DNA from: Candidatus Poribacteria bacterium
GTDB lineage: Bacteria; Poribacteria; WGA-4E; WGA-3G
Length of the DNA: 64,000 nt
Reading direction: 5' to 3'
NCBI GenBank assembly: GCA_963665235.2
Contig: CAXXLX010000001.1
Span: 3,552,001 to 3,616,000 of the forward strand
Shown: one piece after another, positions 60,618 through 64,000 of the stretch
How positions within the stretch are numbered: position 1 is the stretch's first letter
How the letters are laid out: every line of letters begins with the position of its first letter
Program-made: the position numbers and the translations under genes
The notes under the pieces: generated by a model
What the model was told of the DNA's origin: nothing
The model's database searches: none
Seen by the model: only the letters and a program-made list of their open reading frames with translations

Positions 60618-62242
60618 AAGCTCCCTCCTTCCCGGCGTTGCCACCAGACAATCAATCCCGCAGTAAAAACGATGAAAGGGATAAGAAAAATGGAGGTTAG
60701 CTGCACAAGCCGCGCATCTTGACCGGTCATCTGACGTAAGGTTTGCTGCTGCGAATCGGCTTGTGGAAGCGCAATAAGGTCCTCTTCTGCTGTCAACCAA
60801 TTGATTGTGGATAGGAGGAGATTATAATTTAAACCTATTCTACTGAAAACGTTAGTTGCGAACTGTGAACCCCCGAAGACGACGATTCGGGTTTGCTTCT
60901 CCTCGGTTGTACCCGCATCTTCATCCCCCTGTCCGTGGGTGGCGGCTATGTTTCTATCGGTTTTCTTTTCAACCGCCACGGCAAGAGACACAGGGGCAGG
61001 TGTGTCTACACCAAGGGTATAACCGTTATTACTAAAAGTGCCATCTGCTTCACGTCCTGTCTCCCCCCAGCTTACGCCTTTTTCAGGACCGGTCCTTGCA
61101 AGGGATTTAACGCTGAGATTCGCTTTAATATTTGTCATCGGTGTAATAGAACGTGTATAAGGGAACGGGAGGCGGGATTGTGGCATGAAGCGAGTAATTT
61201 CGTGAAATTCAAAGTCCGGGACCGGGGCACTGGGGCCCATGAGAATAGCGAACCGACTGGGAGCACGGTCGAATACCAAATCGTTTCCTATTGTCACGCC
61301 CCATCTTTTCATAAGTTGAACGAGCCCGTTATTTACATCTACTGCGGAAGGGGATGGGTCCAATAGCAGCAGCAGCTTTCCATTCTGTGCAAGGTATTTC
61401 TCCACCATCCTAATTTCATTGGGTTCCAATGGAGTTTTGGGAGCGGCAATGACAAGCAGTTCACAATCTACAGGGATAGCAGGTTGTGTCAGCAGTGAGA
61501 GCGGGGATGCCGCGTAATGTTGGTTCTCTAGTACTGTTTTCACACCCGAATACCCAGCAGGGCTCAGGTCATCAATCTCACGTTCGCCATGCCCAATCAT
61601 AAAGTAAACCTTTTTGATTCTATTTTGGATAAGTTTGAGCAGCGCGCCCGTGAATTTCTGTTCATCCACGGCCGTTACCTTCTCTTGTCGTTCGGCACTT
61701 TCAAAAACAGTCGTTCCAGATAGTGTAATATTATACTTTGTCGTAAGGGCGACATCGATGTAAGGATTTTTAAAGGATACCGTTAGCAGGTCGGTTTCGC
61801 GTTGATACAACGCTAGCAATTCTTTAGCACTTTCTGTTAGATACGGGTCATTGTTGTTAAAAAATGCTGTTACCTGAATGTTTTTATCGAGATTTTTGAG
61901 AATCTGCTTTGTGCGTTCAGAAAGCGTATGACGTTTCAGTGCTGTTAAATCTATCCGTTTATCGAACCGCTGGACAACAATAACGTTGACAAAAACGGCT
62001 ATGCCTATAACCCCAAGAATACTGAGGGTTACGTTAATGCCGTATCGGAGTTGTCGACTAGCAAAAAAACTAACAAATTCCCTAAAGCGCGTCCCCGCAA
62101 AAACGGCAAATGTACCAGCGCAGAGCAGTAACAAAATCCAAAATGCAAGACGTGCTCCGAGAAACCAACTGGCGATTGAAACGAAACTGAGAATTAGCGC
62201 AAGAAACCCGAACAGCGGGCCTATAACCTTTTTGTAAGACAT
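60614..62242 (-). CDS. GldG-like ABC-type uncharacterized transport component
   Basis: DLT...TLS, VYF..GHGE, C-terminal TM + WWQRR. Confidence 0.88.
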   Translation of the reverse strand: MSYKKVIGPLFGFLALILSFVSIASWFLGARLAFWILLLLCAGTFAVFAGTRFREFVSFFASRQLRYGINVTLSILGVIGIAVFVNVIVVQRFDKRIDLTALKRHTLSERTKQILKNLDKNIQVTAFFNNNDPYLTESAKELLALYQRETDLLTVSFKNPYIDVALTTKYNITLSGTTVFESAERQEKVTAVDEQKFTGALLKLIQNRIKKVYFMIGHGEREIDDLSPAGYSGVKTVLENQHYAASPLSLLTQPAIPVDCELLVIAAPKTPLEPNEIRMVEKYLAQNGKLLLLLDPSPSAVDVNNGLVQLMKRWGVTIGNDLVFDRAPSRFAILMGPSAPVPDFEFHEITRFMPQSRLPFPYTRSITPMTNIKANLSVKSLARTGPEKGVSWGETGREADGTFSNNGYTLGVDTPAPVSLAVAVEKKTDRNIAATHGQGDEDAGTTEEKQTRIVVFGGSQFATNVFSRIGLNYNLLLSTINWLTAEEDLIALPQADSQQQTLRQMTGQDARLVQLTSIFLIPFIVFTAGLIVWWQRREGGSL

Positions 62243-62292
62243 ATTTATCTTTGCGCTCGGAAGCGCACTCCTACACGCTCAGGAGCACGCGC

Positions 62293-63018
62293 CTACCTCC
62301 ATTTTGACGACTCTACCGACTTAAACGTCGCAAATAGGCACACACACGTGAAACTTATATAGTAAACAACATCTTGCAGCAGGATAACCCCGCGTGAAAA
62401 GTCGTTATAATGCTCAAGAAATGAGAGATAACTCAAAAATTTTCCGATTGTCCCAAAACGGGTGGAGATTGACCCGATAACCCATAATGCTAAAAAAAAA
62501 CCGAAACTTGTCAGGGCAGCAACGATTTGATTTTTGCTCATTGAGGACATTAGTAAACCGAAGGATAGGAACGAGGAACTAATCAGGATGAGACCTACGT
62601 AACCGCTCAGCAGCAGCCCCACATCTAGGGGACCGAAACGTTGTGTTACAAATGGAAAGAGGAACGTCAAGGCAAGCATGATTAAAACGAGGAACCAGCT
62701 TGCAAAAAATTTGCCAAAAACCACCTGACTATCTGTAATGGGGGAGGTTAGCAGCAACTCAATCGTTCCAGATTTCCGCTCTTCGGCAAAGAGTTTCATC
62801 GTTAGCACTGGCGTGAAAAAGAGAAGGATGACTGCCAGATTACCGAAAAGCGTCTCCATGACATATTCTCCCTTATTGCCGTAAGCACTTCCCCCGATTA
62901 ACATGAGAGAAAAAAGAAATCCTGAAATCGCAGAAAAGACGAAACAGACGAAATAGGCAATCGGTGAAACGAAATAGGTGTAAAGTTCTTTTGTGCAAAC
63001 AGCAATAATGTTCTTCAT
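62293..63018 (-). CDS. GldF-like ABC-2 permease
   Basis: KELYTYF.SP, AEERKSGTIELLLTSP, NQIVA. Confidence 0.9.
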   Translation of the reverse strand: MKNIIAVCTKELYTYFVSPIAYFVCFVFSAISGFLFSLMLIGGSAYGNKGEYVMETLFGNLAVILLFFTPVLTMKLFAEERKSGTIELLLTSPITDSQVVFGKFFASWFLVLIMLALTFLFPFVTQRFGPLDVGLLLSGYVGLILISSSFLSFGLLMSSMSKNQIVAALTSFGFFLALWVIGSISTRFGTIGKFLSYLSFLEHYNDFSRGVILLQDVVYYISFTCVCLFATFKSVESSKWR

Positions 63019-63057
63019 TTTGATAGTTGGCTATTATGAATCTATAACGGGTCATTT

Positions 63058-63858
63058 CTAAGAATCTTTAACCCATTGCTCCCGAACCCTTCCGACAAAG
63101 AAGGGGCCGAGTGACTCAATATATTTGGTTGTCTGCTCTGTTTTTCGCATATCCTGTATCAAACGCGAGAGCGGGTATAACTCAGGGCCGACTAAGCCGA
63201 TAACAAATTCGTTGTCGTTCGTATCTAATCCGAAGCATGCAAGTCGGATGTCGCTGGCGTATCCACTAGCCGCGTAACTGCGGCCGAGCATGGCATGCTC
63301 CGCCAGAATTTTGCCACGTTCGCTGGGTTCGTATACCCCATTTTTGAGGAAAAGTCAAATTAAAATTTCAACTCATGCACCGCTACTTCGATAAAATTCG
63401 GGGTTTCGGCGCAGCGGATACCAAATCGCCCATGGAAATTCGGGGTTGAGAACGTTTCGGAGCGGTTTATTGATAAGCCATTCCTCCAAATCGGGCTCCC
63501 TACCGCTTGAGTAGGTACGACCTATCATCGTCATTTCTGGACGATATAAAATCTCACCTTTACGTTGCATGGTTTGTAGGGCATGCGATTGGAGCATCAG
63601 GTGTGTCGGACTCTCGTCGATAAACAGTACGCCGAGACCTGTAGGATTATTCAAATCGTCGTAGAAAACGGCAGTTTGACTGGAACGACTCGATTGAATG
63701 TTTTTAACAATCACTTCTGGAATCACACGGCACTCAAAAACGTGAAGTTGAAAGAATAGTCTCTTATCGCTAACCTGTGGTTCGCCATCAATTGGGGCAC
63801 CGGTTTCTCGAAGGTCTACCGGTTCTGGACGCGGCGGTCTCTTTCCTTCAGTGTTCAT
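63058..63858 (-). pseudogene. Chlorite dismutase/coproheme decarboxylase-like protein interrupted by a short in-frame insert with two TGA stops
   Basis: WYPLRR.PEFYR|EPSERGKILAEH..DIRLACFGLD..NEFVIGL; both ORFs in the same frame. Confidence 0.75.
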
Positions 63859-64000
63859 AATTTTCGGACTACCTTCTCTCTAAAAATAATTCGATTTAAC
63901 GTTTTGTGGTATAAGAATCCCGAATCCACTGTTCAAGAACCGGGTCGGGTGTTTCTACTACCTGCTTCGGGAACTTAAACGATGACTGCTTCGTGTTCTG

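Noticed and set aside
63373-63375. Selenocysteine or TGA recoding in the chlorite-dismutase-like gene
   Set aside because: Two TGAs lie in a non-homologous-looking insert, and other genes use TGA as a normal stop

Overview
Bacterial chromosomal window, about 48% GC by eye. Gene content (PhyH, several Gfo/Idh/MocA, TolB-like and Kelch secreted proteins with a C-terminal 'TxWGxIK' motif, Rpn expansion) suggests a Poribacteria-like organism; this is inference only. Housekeeping genes are aroA, alaS, recX, coaD, larB and msrB, alongside a sigma54 two-component system, an alpha-2-macroglobulin, a TonB receptor/di-heme poly-Asp lipoprotein pair and a GldF/GldG/DUF4340 ABC module. The intergenic DNA is dense with small mobile elements. 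Highlights: (1) an IsrB/omegaRNA IS200/IS605 element inserted exactly between the RBS and ATG(A) of a host gene, under a sigma54 promoter; (2) a MITE-disrupted Rpn nuclease whose internally translated C-terminal module (RpnS-like antitoxin) recurs as free variant cassettes separated by a structured repeat, including a distant promoter+RpnS-only copy; (3) a TTA-targeting MITE carrying expandable arrays of GTAG-REP hairpins; (4) an IS630 inserted at the centre of a REP palindrome; (5) several genes interrupted by short insertions; (6) four sigma54 promoters with candidate enhancers. No rRNA, tRNA or CRISPR array was recognised.
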